Assembly (NCBI GenBank): GCA_051294375.1
Contig: JBJCIZ010000028.1
Span: 424,200-488,199 of the forward strand
Reading direction: 5' to 3'
From: Paraspadella gotoi
Lineage: Eukaryota > Animalia > Chaetognatha
DNA length: 64,000 nt
The translations under genes and the position numbers were made by a program. Positions 1 to 13,193 of this stretch are shown here, piece after piece. Below the pieces are notes generated by a model. That model searched no databases. It saw nothing but the letters and a program-made list of their open reading frames with translations, and was not told the DNA's origin. Numbering within the stretch: position 1 is the stretch's first letter; each line of letters begins with the position of its first letter.

Positions 1-1976
1 ATTCCGACTTCTCTTTCGTCGTTACCGCCTGTGAAATTACGCGGCAATTGTTCATTTATTCCCGAAACGCTTTATACGATTATGTTATTTTTTTTAGATG
101 ATTGTTTTAAAATTAATACATGCGCTCTTTCCTTTGTTTTTTTTAAATCGTCTTTTATAAAGAAAAACTAATTCCAATTTTTTATTAATCGTAAAAGTCT
201 TTGACATTGACATGAAAAAACTAATTAATGCAATAATTTGACTGACGTAACGTGTTTTCTCTGTTACACTAGGAAAATTAATGTTCTATGCAAAAATGTC
301 TTGTAATTTTTTTATTCTTGTTCGGGTTGCCGAAGATCGTAAACTTCTACGAGATATTAACTATCAGATATAAAAAAATTAAATTTATTGTGTATTGTGC
401 AACTATATTTAAACGCCGCCTATGTTTATTCGGAACCGGTTTTTTAAAAAAAATGGAGTATCTTTGAACTGCATGTATAATGCTTCATGTAACTACTCAA
501 AAATTTATCTTGTTTGGCGCGCCGATGAAAATTTATATATTCATTAATACGATTAATATTAAAAAATGTTGATGGGGAATGTAATAATTGGAAAAAATAA
601 ATTAAAGCGCTTTCAAAAATATATTGAATGATCATGTAGCCGTATTTTTTTATAGGATTCATTAAAGGTTTTATTCGGAGACCATCGCTTCGATCGTTTT
701 TGGATTTAGGCATTTGGAAAAAATGTGTGAAATGTGACAATGTCAAATGTTCAAATGTCCTGGCAAAAATGAAATGAATGCCACTTTTTCTTCTATTGAA
801 ACTACGTCTGGAAATCCCGTTTGAAGCGTTGAAAATTCGCCGCCTCCCTCCCCCATAAATACATTGCCAACTAGAATTTAAAGCGTGCTTGTGATATATC
901 TTTTCCAACCTAAAATAATCTAGATACTTACGTCTAAACACTTTAAAATCAGCAAAAAAATAACTAATAAATTGAATCCCCCCAAAAAGATTTTTTAAAT
1001 TCTTTCATGGTTTACTGAATTAAAGAACTATTTTAAAAAAAAAAAAAAAGAGTCAGTTTAGATAGTAAAACTCGTTATTCGTAAATGAAACAAAACTTTT
1101 GTTTCTCTCCTAATAATTAACCCATAATCTCAAAATTACTACTTACTAGCTAAAAAAAAAACCATCCCAGATATTAATCTCAAAAAACTCCTCGGGATAA
1201 AAAATGTCGACGGTTCGCTCGCTCGAAGCTTGCCAACGCGGAAAGGCCGATTGCAGTCTGGTCATCGTTTCGAGGCTTCGCGTCGCCTCCACCTCGGACT
1301 ACTGGACCATTTTTGGGAAAGACGCGTCCGCTGGAGGGCGCTGCCGACGTCGTGGGCGCAAGATGAAAACTGGACGTCGTATCGAAATGGTGATCGTGGA
1401 AAAAATTGGAATCGCGTCGTGACGACGAGGAAAAGGGCATGACTTTTTCCTGTTGGTTGTTTTTTGTTTCCGGGGCATGTTTTAGTCCGTGGGTTGGAAA
1501 GGGGCCCCTTCTGAAAACGGAGATTTTTTAGTACTAAGATTAAAGTATGGGGGATACCCCCTACAAGAAAGGAAAAGTGTTCCTTGAATTCCGGGTGTGG
1601 GGTGTGGTCGGGTGCCCCTTATTTTCATATAATCCCGCGTTGTTTTTTCTCTTTCGCGACAACTAAAAACATTGGCGTCCGCGTTTCTTAAAACACCAAC
1701 TGTGTAGACAACTACTTACTAGTGTCCGTACAGTGTACAGGAACAGGAAAACAGGGCGCCTTCTTCAGGAAACTAATAAGAGAGAGAGAGCAGAAAAGAA
1801 AAGAAGACCNNNNNNNNNNNNNNNNNNNNNNNNNAAAAGTGTAATATTGAAAAGAGTTTTACCTCGCCAGAAGTACAAAAAATCCCTTTTTAAGACCACT
1901 AAAATCTCTTTTTGATGCCAATAAATCTCCTTTTAATAAATCTCCTTTTAATAAATCTCCTTTTTTTAATTTCCAG

Positions 1977-2069
1977 TGCGTCTTCTGGATGTTGGCTACA
2001 ACGAGTTTTCTCTCAGCCGCCTTTCTTATTCCAATAGCTGTTGGAGAAGGAAAGAAAGTCACCCACTGA
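1977..2069 (+). CDS. Last coding exon of an SLC37-family sugar-phosphate exchanger (clean copy; noisy duplicate at ~4661-4759)
   Basis: ttccag acceptor, then CVFWMLATTSFLSAAFLIPIAVGEGKKVTH-stop. This fits the final TM helix following the ...GGWT exon. It lies upstream of the other exons, probably because of assembly duplication. Confidence 0.6.
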   Translation, partial: CVFWMLATTSFLSAAFLIPIAVGEGKKVTH

Positions 2070-3166
2070 GCAGCCACCCCTCTTTGAACAAACTCCTATT
2101 ATGTTTTTATTGATTGAAAAAAANNNNNNNNNNNNNNNNNNNNNNNNNNNNNNNNNNNNNNNNNNNNNNNNNNNNNNNNNNNNNNNNNNNNNNNNNNNNN
2201 NNNNNNNNNNNNNNNNNNNNNNNNNNNNNNNNNNNNNNNNNNNNNNNNNNNNNNNNNNNNNNNNNNNNNNNNNNNNNNNNNNNNNNNNNNNNNNNNNNNN
2301 NNNNNNNNNNNNNNNNNCTCACACTCTCACTCTCTACCTCTATCTCTCTCTCTCTCTTTATCGCTCTCTCTCGCTTTCTCTTTCATTATTCCTTTCTTAT
2401 TTATTTCTTTCCCCTGTCTCTGAAAAATTATTTGATGTATATGAACTTTTTCTGAATTATTAATAAAAACATCGTTTTTTAATTTATTAATTCCTATTAA
2501 CTAGTAGTTTTTCAGAAATAGAAAGAGAGACAGAGAGACAGAGAGAAAGAGAGATTTTAAAAGATTACCGGTCGGTTGTTNNNNNNNNNNCAAGATAATG
2601 ACATAACAGGTCTCTCTCACTGTCTCGTTTATTCACTCCCAGAGTACGTGACTTTTCTATCAATGAAGTGGTATAATGTTTTACCGAATGTTTCAATTGT
2701 ATAAAAAGGATTTCTCTCTTCCTATTTCCTTCTTTTAGAGGCCACATTTGTCCGTCCGACCGCCTGACTTTACGTTCGGCTATCAGCCAGTCAGTTTTTA
2801 TAATGGTCTGACTGTCTGTTTGTCTCTCTGTCTTTCTATCTCTCAGCCCATCCGTCTCTTCGTCCGTCCAACCCATCAGTCTGTCTGTATATTTCCTTTC
2901 AGTCTGTAAAAAAATAAATCGAAACTAAAATTAATTANNNNNNNNNNNNNNNNNNNNNNNNNNNNNNNNNNNNNNNNNNNNNNNNNNNNNNNNNNNNNNN
3001 NNNNNNNNNNNNNNNNNNNNNNNNNNNNNNNNNNNNNNNNNNNNNNNNNNNNNNNNNNNNNNNNNNNNNNNNNNNNNNNNNNNNNNNNNNNNNNNNNNNN
3101 NNNNNNNNNNNNNNNATTAAATAATATTATAATAAAAATAATTATATTAGTATAAACTTGTTTCAG

Positions 3167-3626
3167 TTGGGATTCACGACAAATATTCTTCTTCTTTCTC
3201 TCTGCGGATTTTTTCTCACTGGACCCTTCACTTTGATCACAACAGACGTGAGCGCGGATTTGGGCGCCAGTGAAAGTTTAANNNNNNNNNNNNNNNNNNN
3301 NNNNNNNNNNNNNNNNNNNNNNNNNNNNNNNNNNNNNNNNNNNNNNNNNNNNNNNNNNNNNNNNNNNNNNNNNNNNNNNNNNNNNNNNNNNNNNNNNNNN
3401 NNNNNNNNNNNNNNNNNNNNNNNNNNNNNNNNNNNNNNNNNNNNNNNNNNNNNNNNNNNNNNNNNNNNNNNNNNNNNNNNNNNNNNNNNNNNNNNNNNNT
3501 TACTTTCCTCAGCCAAACACGAAGGCGACGGCGACGGTGGCCGGCATCGTGAACGGATCAGGCTCGATCGGGGCCGCGTTGAGTCCGCTGACCGTCGGTC
3601 TCCTTCTGACTTACGGAGGGTGGACG
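3167..3626 (+). CDS. Two internal exons (3167-~3281, 3513-3626) of an SLC37A-like MFS sugar-phosphate/G3P exchanger; noisy duplicate at ~3934-4261
   Basis: Translate to LGFTTNILLLSLCGFFLTGPFTLITTDVSADLGASESLK | PNTKATATVAGIVNGSGSIGAALSPLTVGLLLTYGGWT, matching the SLC37A1/2 pattern GPYALITTAVSADLG...ALSTVTAIIDGTGSIGAALGP. AG/GT boundaries are present. Confidence 0.8.
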
Positions 3627-3741
3627 GTGAGTAGAGGGGAGGGAGAGAGAGAGAGAGTGAGAGAGTGAGAGAGTGAGAGAGTGAGAGAGAGAGAGAGAGA
3701 GAGATTTTACAATGGTTTGATGATCCATGGCTTAAAACGGT

Positions 3742-3828
3742 ATTGGCAATGGGCAATGGCCATTGGCATTGGCAATTGGGCATTGGCAATTGGGCATTAG
3801 CAATTGGGCATTGGCAATTGGGCATTGG
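3742..3828 (+). repeat. Tandem TTGGGCA/TTGGCAA heptamer repeat
   Basis: Alternating ttgggca-ttggcaa units are visible. Confidence 0.8.
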
Positions 3829-6800
3829 AAAAAAGAGAGAGATATTAATTAAAAAATCTATTTTAGACTAAATTAACATAGATAAATAATGATTATAATA
3901 AAAATAGATTATATTAGTATAAACTTGTTTCAGTTGGGAATTCACGACAAATATTCTTCTTCTTTCTCTCTGCGGATTTTTTTCTCACTGGAAACCCTTC
4001 ACTTTGATCAACACAGACGTGAGCGCGGATTTGGGCGTCCAGTGAAAGTTTAAAGGTGAGAGAGAGAGAGAAAGTGAGAGTTTAGAGTGAGAGTGAATTA
4101 AAGAAATGTAACGTAGAAAATGATTAATATTTTACTTTCCTGCAGCCTAAACAGAGAAGGCGACGGCGACGGTGGCCGCATCGTGACGGATCAGGCCGAT
4201 CGGGGCCGGGTTGAGTCCGGCTGACCGTCGGGTCTCCTTCTGAACTTAGCGGAGGTGGACGGTGAGTAGAGGGGAGGGAGAGAGAGAGAGAGTAGAGAGG
4301 TGAGAGAGAGAGAGGTGAGAGAGTGAGCAGAGAGAGAGAGAGAATGAGAGAGAAAGAGAGAGAGAGAGAAAGATTTTACAAGTGGTTAGATGATCCATGG
4401 CTTAAAACGGTATTTGGCAATGGGCATTGGCATTTGGGAATTGGCCAGTGTGCAATTAGAGTTCAAAGCAGGTTAACCTAATGAAAAAATTAACAGTAAA
4501 TTTATCTATTGAATTTTTTTTATATGTTAGAAAAAGTGTAATATTGGAAGAGTTTACCTGTCGGCCAGAATCCAAAAATCCCTTTTAAAGACCGACTAAA
4601 ATCTCTTTTTGATGCCAATAAATCTCCTTTTAATAAATCTCCTTGTTTTTAAATTTCCAGTGCGTCTTTTTGGATGTTGGCGTACAACGAGTTTTCTCTG
4701 GGGCAGCCGGCCTTCTTATTCGATAGCTGTTGGAGAAAGGAAAGAAAGTCACCCACTGGAGCAGCCACCCTCTTTTGAACAACTCCTATTTAATGTTTTT
4801 ATTGATTGAAAAAAAAAATTTTATGGTTAAAATGTGTTTTTTTCTTTCTTTCTTTTTTCTTTCTTTTCTATCTCACACTCTCACTCTCTTACCTCTATTC
4901 TCTCTCTCTCTCTTTATCGCTCCTCTCGCTTTCTCTTTCCATATTCCTTTCCCTTATTTATTTCTTCCCGCCTGTCTCTGAAAAATTATTTGAATGTAAC
5001 GAACTTTTCTGAATTATTAAATAAAACAATGCGTTTTAAATTTATTAATCCTATTAACTAGTAGTTTTTTCAGAAATAGAAAGAGAGAGAGAGAGAAGAG
5101 AGACAGAGAGAAAAGAGAGAATTTTAAAAAATTTNNNNNNNNNNNNNNNNNNNNNNNNNTACCGGTCGGTTGTTTAGAAGTAGCTCGTCGTGCGCATTAA
5201 GTTAATAATTATTTTATAAACGTTAATGACTATTAGATTTGTGGATGGTGATATAGAAAGACAGATGTATAGAAAAAGTGACAAAGGGACATCGAAACAG
5301 ATAAACGGACAAAACCCGGAATTGAATGACAAGAAATTTCAAGAGTTAACGATTGGGTAGAGAAACTCGGCCAAGCCGTGAGAGAGAGAGAGAGACACAC
5401 ACACAAAAACTAGGCTTCGTTTCGTCACGCCCCGAAGAGAGTCATATTCTTAGAACAAGTTTTTAATTGCCTCCCTCGTCTTTGCTGAGCAACTATAACT
5501 ATTTAGGTCGCGTTTCGGTCAGTCTGTCCGTGAGTCCTTTTATTAATTATTATTACTCATATTTATAACCTATATAATATTCTAGGTAGTTAGGTTATGT
5601 TCTATGAGACACTAAATGTACATATTCTTTTATATTAAAGATTGATTTTTCAAAATTTTTATATTTTTAATATAGGTACGATTCTTCAAGCGAATAATTT
5701 ATTAAAAAGTAATATTAATAGAAAATACAAAATGTATGTAAAATTATAAATGTGTGTACACAAGATAATTACTGCGGCGCGACACCTTGAACTTACCGGG
5801 TTTGATTTTTGGTCGGAGACGCGACTCGCCGGTGAGTCAAATAACTTGATCGTCAATAATAAGAATGTCCGAAAGATCGAATCAATAGATCTTTTTTTTT
5901 TAAATTCAGATTAATATTATTAATTTTAATTTTATTCTTTTTTTTTTTTTTTTTTTTTTTTGCGTAATTCCGACTTCTCTTTCGTCGATTACGCCTGTGA
6001 AATTACGCGGCAATTTGTCATTTATTTCCCGAAACGCGTTTATATGTGATTTATGTGTGATTTTTTTGAGATGATTTGTTTAAAAGTAATACACTTCGCT
6101 CTTCCCTTTTTTTTTTTAAATCGTCTTTTATAAAAAAAACTAAATTCAATTTTTTTATTAATTTGTAAAAGTCTTTGAACATGACATGAAAAAACTTAAT
6201 TAATGCAATAATTTGACTGACGTAACGTGTTTTCTCTTACACTAGAAAATAACTGTTCTATGCAAAAATGTCTTGTAATTTTTTTATTTTGTTGGGTGGC
6301 CGAAGATCGTAAACATTTCTACGAGAATTAACTATCAGATATAAAAAATAATGAAATTTATTGTGTATTGTGCAACTATATTTAACGCCGCCTATTTTAT
6401 TCGGACCTGTTTTTTAAAAAATAATGGATTTATCTTTGAACTGCATGTATATGCTCTGTAACTACTCAAAAATTTATCTGTTTGCGCGCCGATGAAAATT
6501 TATATATTCATAATACGATTAATTAAAAATGTATGGGAATGTAATAATTGAAATCATTAAATTAAGCAGCTTCTCAAAATATATTGGATGATCATTAGGT
6601 GTTATTTTTTTGTAGGATTCATTAAAGGTTTATTCGAGACCATGCGTTCGATCGTTTTTGGATTGTCATTTGAAATAATGTGAAATGTGACATGTCAAAT
6701 GTCAAATGTCCTGCAAAAATGAATGAATTCACTTTCTCTATTGAAACTACGTTGAATCTCCCCCATAAATAATTGCCAACTAAGATTTAAAGCGATGCTT

Positions 6801-7334
6801 GTAATATATCTTTCCAACCTAAAATAATTTTAGATACTTACTCTAAACCACTTTAAAGGAGAGAGATAAGGCTTCGTCCACGCGGAAGCCAGATGCAGTC
6901 TGGTCATCGTTTCGAGGCTTCGGTCGAGCGTCACCCTCGATCTACTCGGACAACATTTTGAAAGACGCGTGCTGGAGGGGCGCTGCCGACGTCGTGGGGC
7001 GCCAAGAGAAAACTGACATCGGATCGAAATGTGATCGTTGGAAAATTGGAATCGCAGTGAGCGACGAGGAATAAAGTCATGACTTAATTCCGTGGTTTGG
7101 TTGTTTTTTGTTTTGTTTTTGTTTTTTAGTATAAAAAGCATTAAGTAATTAGAAAAGTTTGATTTTGTTTATTTTCAACAACGGTTGTTTTTATTTTACG
7201 CAGAAGAGAGAAGAGAGGACCGCGTTTAGAGAGACAGATTGGGAGGAGATAGAAGATAGAGATAAGAGCCCATTAGAAGACAGAGAGCCAAGATTAGAGA
7301 GAGAGAGTAGAGAGACGAGAGAGAAGAGAGAGAA

Positions 7335-7370
<36 letters not shown>

Positions 7371-7626
7371 TAGGAGAGAGTTTAAGAATCACGTAGAAAC
7401 AGCTTATTATAGAAAGAACATAGACGACGCCAAACGAGAGAGAGAGAGAGAGAGAGAGAGAAGACGAGAGAGAGAGAAGAGAGCAGAGAGAGAGAGAGAG
7501 AGAGAGATAGAGAGGAGAGAGACGACAATGAGAGAGACAGAGAGAGACACGAGAGAAAGAGGAGAAGAGAGAGAGAGTAGAGAGAGAGAAGAGAGAGAGA
7601 GAGACAGAGAGAGACCAGAGAGAGAC

Positions 7627-7657
<31 letters not shown>

Positions 7658-7762
7658 TGAGAGAGAGAAGAGAGAGGTTAAGAGAGAGAGGAGGGAATTT
7701 TTAATTATTCAAAATATTAAAGTATTAAATATAATTAAAACTAAACCCAGCGTTCCTTCCAG

Positions 7763-8119
7763 GTCATCCATCGATCCCCAACCCAGGAGCGCGGTGGTTT
7801 TTTACCTCACACCGCGCCACGATGGACTCGTCGCCCTCACCTGGCCTCACACACCGCGTAATCTCAGGAATGCCGCGGCGGGAAATGCTTCGCAACGCTC
7901 TTATCGTGCGGCGGGATATCGTTCGCAACGTGCTCGGAGACAGGTTCTCCTACCGGCGATCGTTCAAGGCTAATTTGCCTAGCGCAAGCCACGTCGATCC
8001 GCGTTTCTGACGATAACGCGATCATGCACTCAGCGGAGCGAAGATCCCGAAAGATAGGATACCTTTTTTCGCGAATCGAGATCCTTTACTGGTGCAAGTT
8101 TTCATCGTCGTTCAACACC
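7763..8119 (+). CDS. Putative second LOX exon: end of the SRPBCC domain and start of the C2 domain; second noisy copy at ~9801-10125
   Basis: ccttccag acceptor. The consensus of two noisy copies gives approximately ...FTSHRATMKL...TRVIQEC... then RFLTITIISGAKIPKxDTFSESDPYVQVFIVVN, the C2 D-x-x-x-x-SDPY motif. The frame is reconstructed across indels. Confidence 0.5.
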
Positions 8120-8129
8120 GTACGTTGTT

Positions 8130-8559
8130 CGTTTTGGGAGGGTCAGTTTTGGGGAGCGTGATCAGCTTTTTTGGGAGGGGTCAGGTTTGGGAGGAGTCTG
8201 GGGGTCAGTTTTCGGGGGAGGGAGGTGGGTCACGGGAGGGCGTTGTTAGGGGAGAGGGTCAGGTTTTTGGGGGGGTCAGAGTTTGGAATGGGCATTCTGG
8301 GTAGGGTCAGTTGCTTGGGAGGGTCCAGTTTTTGGGGGAGGTTCGTTCTTGAGGTGCAGGCTTTCGGGGGAGTTGGAGGTCACAGTTCTTGGGAGGGTCA
8401 GTTTTTGGGAGGGTCAGTTGTTTGGGCGGGGGATGCAGTTTTGGGGGAGGGTCAGCGTACTATCGGGCAGGAGGTCAGTTTTGGGAGGGGTTCAGTTTTG
8501 GGGATAGGGTCAGATTTTTGGGAGGGGTCAGTAGGAGGGGTCTAGTTTTTTGGGGAGGA
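8130..8559 (+). repeat. G-rich intronic minisatellite, ~16-18-nt unit TTTTGGGAGGGTCAG (second copy ~10135-10497)
   Basis: Directly visible tandem degenerate units. Confidence 0.85.
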
Positions 8560-8831
8560 NNNNNNNNNNNNNNNNNNNNNNNNNAATATCAGCAAAAAAA
8601 ATTAACTTAAATAATTTATCCCCCCAAAAAATATTTTAAAATTTCTCATTACTATAAAACTATTAAAAAAAAAAGAGTCAGTTTATATAATAAAAACTCG
8701 TGATTATTCGTAATGAAAAAACAAACTTGTTTTCCTTCTCCATAAATTAACCCTATATCCAAAATACTACTACTACTAAAAAAAAAAAACATCTCCAGAA
8801 TCAAATCTCAAAAAACTCCTCGGAATAAAAA

Positions 8832-9080
8832 ATGTCGACGGTCGCTCCCCGCTCGCTTCGAAGGCTTCGTCCACGCGGAAGCCGATGCAGTCTGGTCATC
8901 GTTTCGAGGCTTCGGTCGCTCCACCCTCGACTACTGGACCATTTTGTTGAAAGACGCGTCGTTGGAGGGCGCGCGCCGACGTCGTGGGGCGCCAAGAGAA
9001 AACTGACATCGGATCGAAATGTGATCTGGAAAAATTGGAATCGCGTGAGCGACGAGGAAAAAGTCATGACTTATTCGCTG
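8832..9080 (+). CDS. Putative first LOX exon encoding the N-terminal half of an SRPBCC (Bet v1/polyketide-cyclase-like) domain; noisy copies at 1204-~1452 and ~6870-7093
   Basis: Manual consensus of three indel-ridden copies reads approximately MSTVRLEGFVHAEADAVWSSFRGFGRSTLDYWTIFEDASLEGAADVVGAKRKLTSDRNVIVEKLESRDDEEKVMTYSL. This fits the SRPBCC pattern A-x-x-x-x-VW...F...W...G-x-x-R...v-E-x-L-x-x-x-D...TY. Confidence 0.6.
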
Positions 9081-11259
9081 GTTGGTTGTTTTTTGTTTTG
9101 TTTTTTTTTAGTATATATAAGCATTAAGTAATTAGAAAAAGTTTGATTTGTTTATTTTCAACAACGGTTGTTTTATTTACAGAGAGAGAGAGAGAGGAGA
9201 TGGAGAAAGAGAGAGAGAGGGAGAGAGACGAGTAGAGAGGGAGAGTAGGAGCAGGGAGAGAGAGGAGAGAGAGAGAGGAGGAGAGTGACAAGGAGACAGA
9301 AGAAAGATGGAAGACCGAGAGCAGAGAGAACCGAATGGAGATATGGAAGCAGATAATGGGAGAGAGTAGAGAAAAGAGGCGGGAAAGAAGAGAGAGGAGA
9401 GAGAGACTGAGAGGACAGAGAGAGAAGAGAGCAGGAGATAGAGAGAGAGACGGAGGAGGAGACGAAATGAAAGACGGAGAGAACACGAGAGAGAGAGAGA
9501 AGAGAGAGAGATAGAGAGATGGAAGAGAGAGAAGATGACAGAGAGGAGAAGAGAAGACAGAGAGAAAGAGGGAGAGAGGAGAGGAGGATGAGGATGGGAA
9601 CGTCGAGAGAGGTAGAGAGAGGGACGGGAATGTGGTTTAGAGGTATCAGGGAAGACGCGGTGGATGAAGAGGAGCTATGAGAGAAGAAGCTAGAAAGAAA
9701 CCGGTCTATCGAAGGATCGCACGAAGCCAACAGACAGGGAGGAGAGCAGACACAAGCAGAAGAGGGCAGAGAGGAGGTTAAAACAGTCCTGGTTCATGCC
9801 GGTTTACCTCACACGCCGCGCCACGATGAACTTCGGCCCTCACCCGGCCTCACCCCCGTAATCCTCCAGGAATGCCACGGCGGGAACATGCTTCGCAACC
9901 GCTCTATCGTGCCGGCGGGATATCTCCGCATACCGTGCTCGGAGATCGGTCCCTACCCGGCGATCGTTCAGGCGGCTAATTTGCCTAGCGCAACCCAGTC
10001 GATCCGCGTTTCTGACGATTAACGACGACATCAGCTCGGGAGCGAAGATCCCGAAAGATAGCGATACCTTTTTTCGCGACATCGAGGATCCTTACTGCTG
10101 CAAGTTTCGATTCCGTCGTCAAACGCTTGGTCTCGGTTTTGGGAGGTCAGTTTGTGGGGAGGTATCAGCTTTTTTGGGAGGGGTCAAGGTTTGGTGAGGG
10201 CGTCGATTTGGGGAGAGGTGCACGTTTTTGGGGAGAGGGTCAGGTTTGGGGGGTCATCATTTGGGAGGGCAGTTGTTAGGGAGGGTCAGGTTTTGGGGGG
10301 GGCATGCAGGTTTGAATGGGAGGTTGGGTCACAGTTTTTCGGGAGGGTCCAGTTTTTGGGGAGGTTTCAGTTTTTGGGTGGGTCAGGCTTTTCGGGAGGG
10401 TCAGCGTTATGGCAGGAGCGTCAGTTTTGGGAGGGGTTCAGTTTTGGGGGTACTAGGTCAGTTTTGGAGGTCGAGAGGGGTCTAGTTTTTTGGGAGGGCG
10501 TTGAAGCGTTACGGGCGTGGTTTTAAATTATACGGTTAATTACTGTTGTAACATTATCTCACAATTTGTAGTTTTGGCGAGGGCGTGTAAGTAATATGTT
10601 TATAATTTTAGAGGGGTATAGCTTTTATTGAGGGGTTGGTAACAGTGTGACTTTTACCGATACGTAGCGTAAAGCCAACATCGTACTAACATCTAACTGA
10701 TCAATTAGCTGTCAAGTGAAAAAGGAATTTTTAGTAATGTAAGTTTGTAAAAAGAGAGAAAAATATGGGTTCTTTTATAAAAAGCCTCGATATTGGTTTT
10801 TTTAAAAAATGTAATTTTTTTTTTATGTTGATGTTTGTTTAAAAAATTGGCGAAATTCTAATTGGCAATTTTTTTTTTTTTTTTTAATCTTTTTTTTAAA
10901 CTAAATATATCCAATCTTGATAAAAGAAAATTTTTATCACCTACCGTTCAAAAACACGGATCCGCCATTGCACGCTAACGCAATTATTCTCTCTTTCTCT
11001 ATCCATTTCCCACACCGCAGGCTCCGTCCTGAGGAAACAAAGTCAACTTCCTTACTAGTCCTCAACATAACCCGTAATCCCATTGTGCGATTTCGACGAA
11101 AGTCAACTTTTACCGTCTCTTTAAACATTTCGATCATCGGATTTGAAACAGTGAAAAGGTTTTATGACCGTGATTTTTCTATGGATGACGATGACTTCAT
11201 CTTTGCGGTCCGAAAGTTTTGGGCTGGCTTGAGATCAAGGTAGAGATGAGAAGAGAGAC

Positions 11260-11305
<46 letters not shown>

Positions 11306-13119
11306 AGAGATGAGACGAGAGAGAGAGAATAATTCAAGTTTCAGTTGTTCAGTTTATTTATTTTCAAAAACTTTCAATGATAAAGAGTATGAAAAAAATC
11401 TTCCGTACGTATGATATGTGGTTGAATTAACTTTCTGAAATTAATAGTGTTTTAAGAATTTAAATACTGTTCAGGCAAGACTGGAGACGACAAGAAAAGA
11501 GAAAAGAAACAAAAGCCGTCAGAAAAGACGATGGCAAAAAGACCGACAAAAAACCGCAAGTCTCCGATAAACCGACGCTGGTTTCCAGTAATTTTGGAGA
11601 AAAAGGGGTAATATTCAACTGCAGCTATTCTTTTATGCAAAATTGCTCAAATATGAATAGAAAAGAAGTGTATTAGCATTTAAGGCCTGTTGAAGCATTG
11701 TGTATTACACATTTGCGTAGGTCCTGTAAGTATGTAGGACACATTTTAAAAATGGCCGTAACGTTACTGTCCACCCGCTTCCGGCGAAACTCCCTTCGAC
11801 TGCACGAGCCAGGCTTCTGTATGTTGCCGACATCAAAAGGCGGCAACCGTTGGGCGTCTCCTGGAACGGTTGGTGCCTTGCGTCTGCTAATCCATGTGGT
11901 GTGTGTGGAGGAGGCCCTCCTAACCACATCGGCGTTGTCCCGGGTTGCTGCTGACCTGCAAACTGCACAATCTTTGGTTGACGGTTCGCCGTGTGACCTG
12001 CCTTGTGGCATCGCCGTTGGCGGCTGCTGAGCTTGCTTTTGGGAGGGCGTTGAAGCGTCGGCGTTTAAATACGGTTAATTACAGTTCATTTAATTTAGTT
12101 TGGGAGGGGGAGAGTAATTTTAGTAAGGAGTATAGCTTCTATGAGGTTGGTACTAGTGTGACTTTTACCGATACGGTACTAAGCCAAATCGTACTACTCT
12201 ACTGATCAATTGCTGTCAAGTGAAAAAAAAGGATTTTTAGTAATGTAGAGTTTGTAAAAAGAGAAAAAATATGGGTTTTCTTTTATAAAAAAAAGGCTGC
12301 GAATTGGTTTTTAAAAATGTATTTTTTTTTTTTTTATTGTTGATTTTGTATTAAAAAATTGGCGAAAATTACTAGATTGGCAATTTTTTTTTTTTTTTTT
12401 TTTAATCTTTTTTTAAACTAAATTAATATCCAATCTTGATAAAAGAAATATTTTTTCCCACCTACCGTTCAAAACACGGATCCCATTCACGTAACGCAAT
12501 TTTCTTTCTTTATCCATTTCCCACCGCAGGCTCCGTCCTGGAAACAAAGTCAACTCCTTACCTCAACAATAACCCGAATCCCATTTGGTTCGACGAAGTC
12601 AACTTTTGCGTCTCTAAACATTTCGATCGATTGAGAGTGGAAGTTTATGACGCGGATTTTATGGATGACGATGACTNNNNNNNNNNNNNNNNNNNNNNNN
12701 NNNNNNNNNNNNNNNNNNNNNNNNNNNNNNNNNNNNNNNNNNNNNNNNNNNNNNNNNNNNNNNNNNNNNNNNNNNNNNNNNNNNNNNNNNNNNNNNNNNN
12801 NNNNNNNNNNNNNNNNNNNNNNNNNNNNNNNNNNNNNNNNNNNNNNNNNNNNNNNNNNNNNNNNNNNNNNNGAGAGAGAGAATATTCAAGTTTCAGTTGT
12901 ATTTATTTTCAAACTTTCAATGATAAAGAGTAGAAAAAAATCTTCGTGACGTATGACCCGAATCCCATTTGGTTCGACGAAGTCAACTTTTGCGTCTCTA
13001 AACATTTCGATCGATTGAGAGTGGAAGTTTATGACGCGGATTTTATGGATGACGATGACTTCATCTTTGGCGGCGAAGTGGGCGTGGCTGAGATCAAGGT
13101 AGAGAGGGAGAGAGAGAGA

Positions 13120-13193
<74 letters not shown>

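Noticed and set aside
7159-7704. 181-aa Arg/Glu-rich ORF, and similar RERE/SLSL/FFFL ORFs elsewhere
   Set aside because: Translations of (GA)n/(CT)n microsatellites and purine-rich tracts inside introns.
11770-12035. GC-rich segment with overlapping ORFs and a CAVC motif suggesting a zinc finger
   Set aside because: No further Cys ligands and no clear splice sites. It sits at the junction of two duplicated blocks, so it is probably a chimeric read or repeat fragment.
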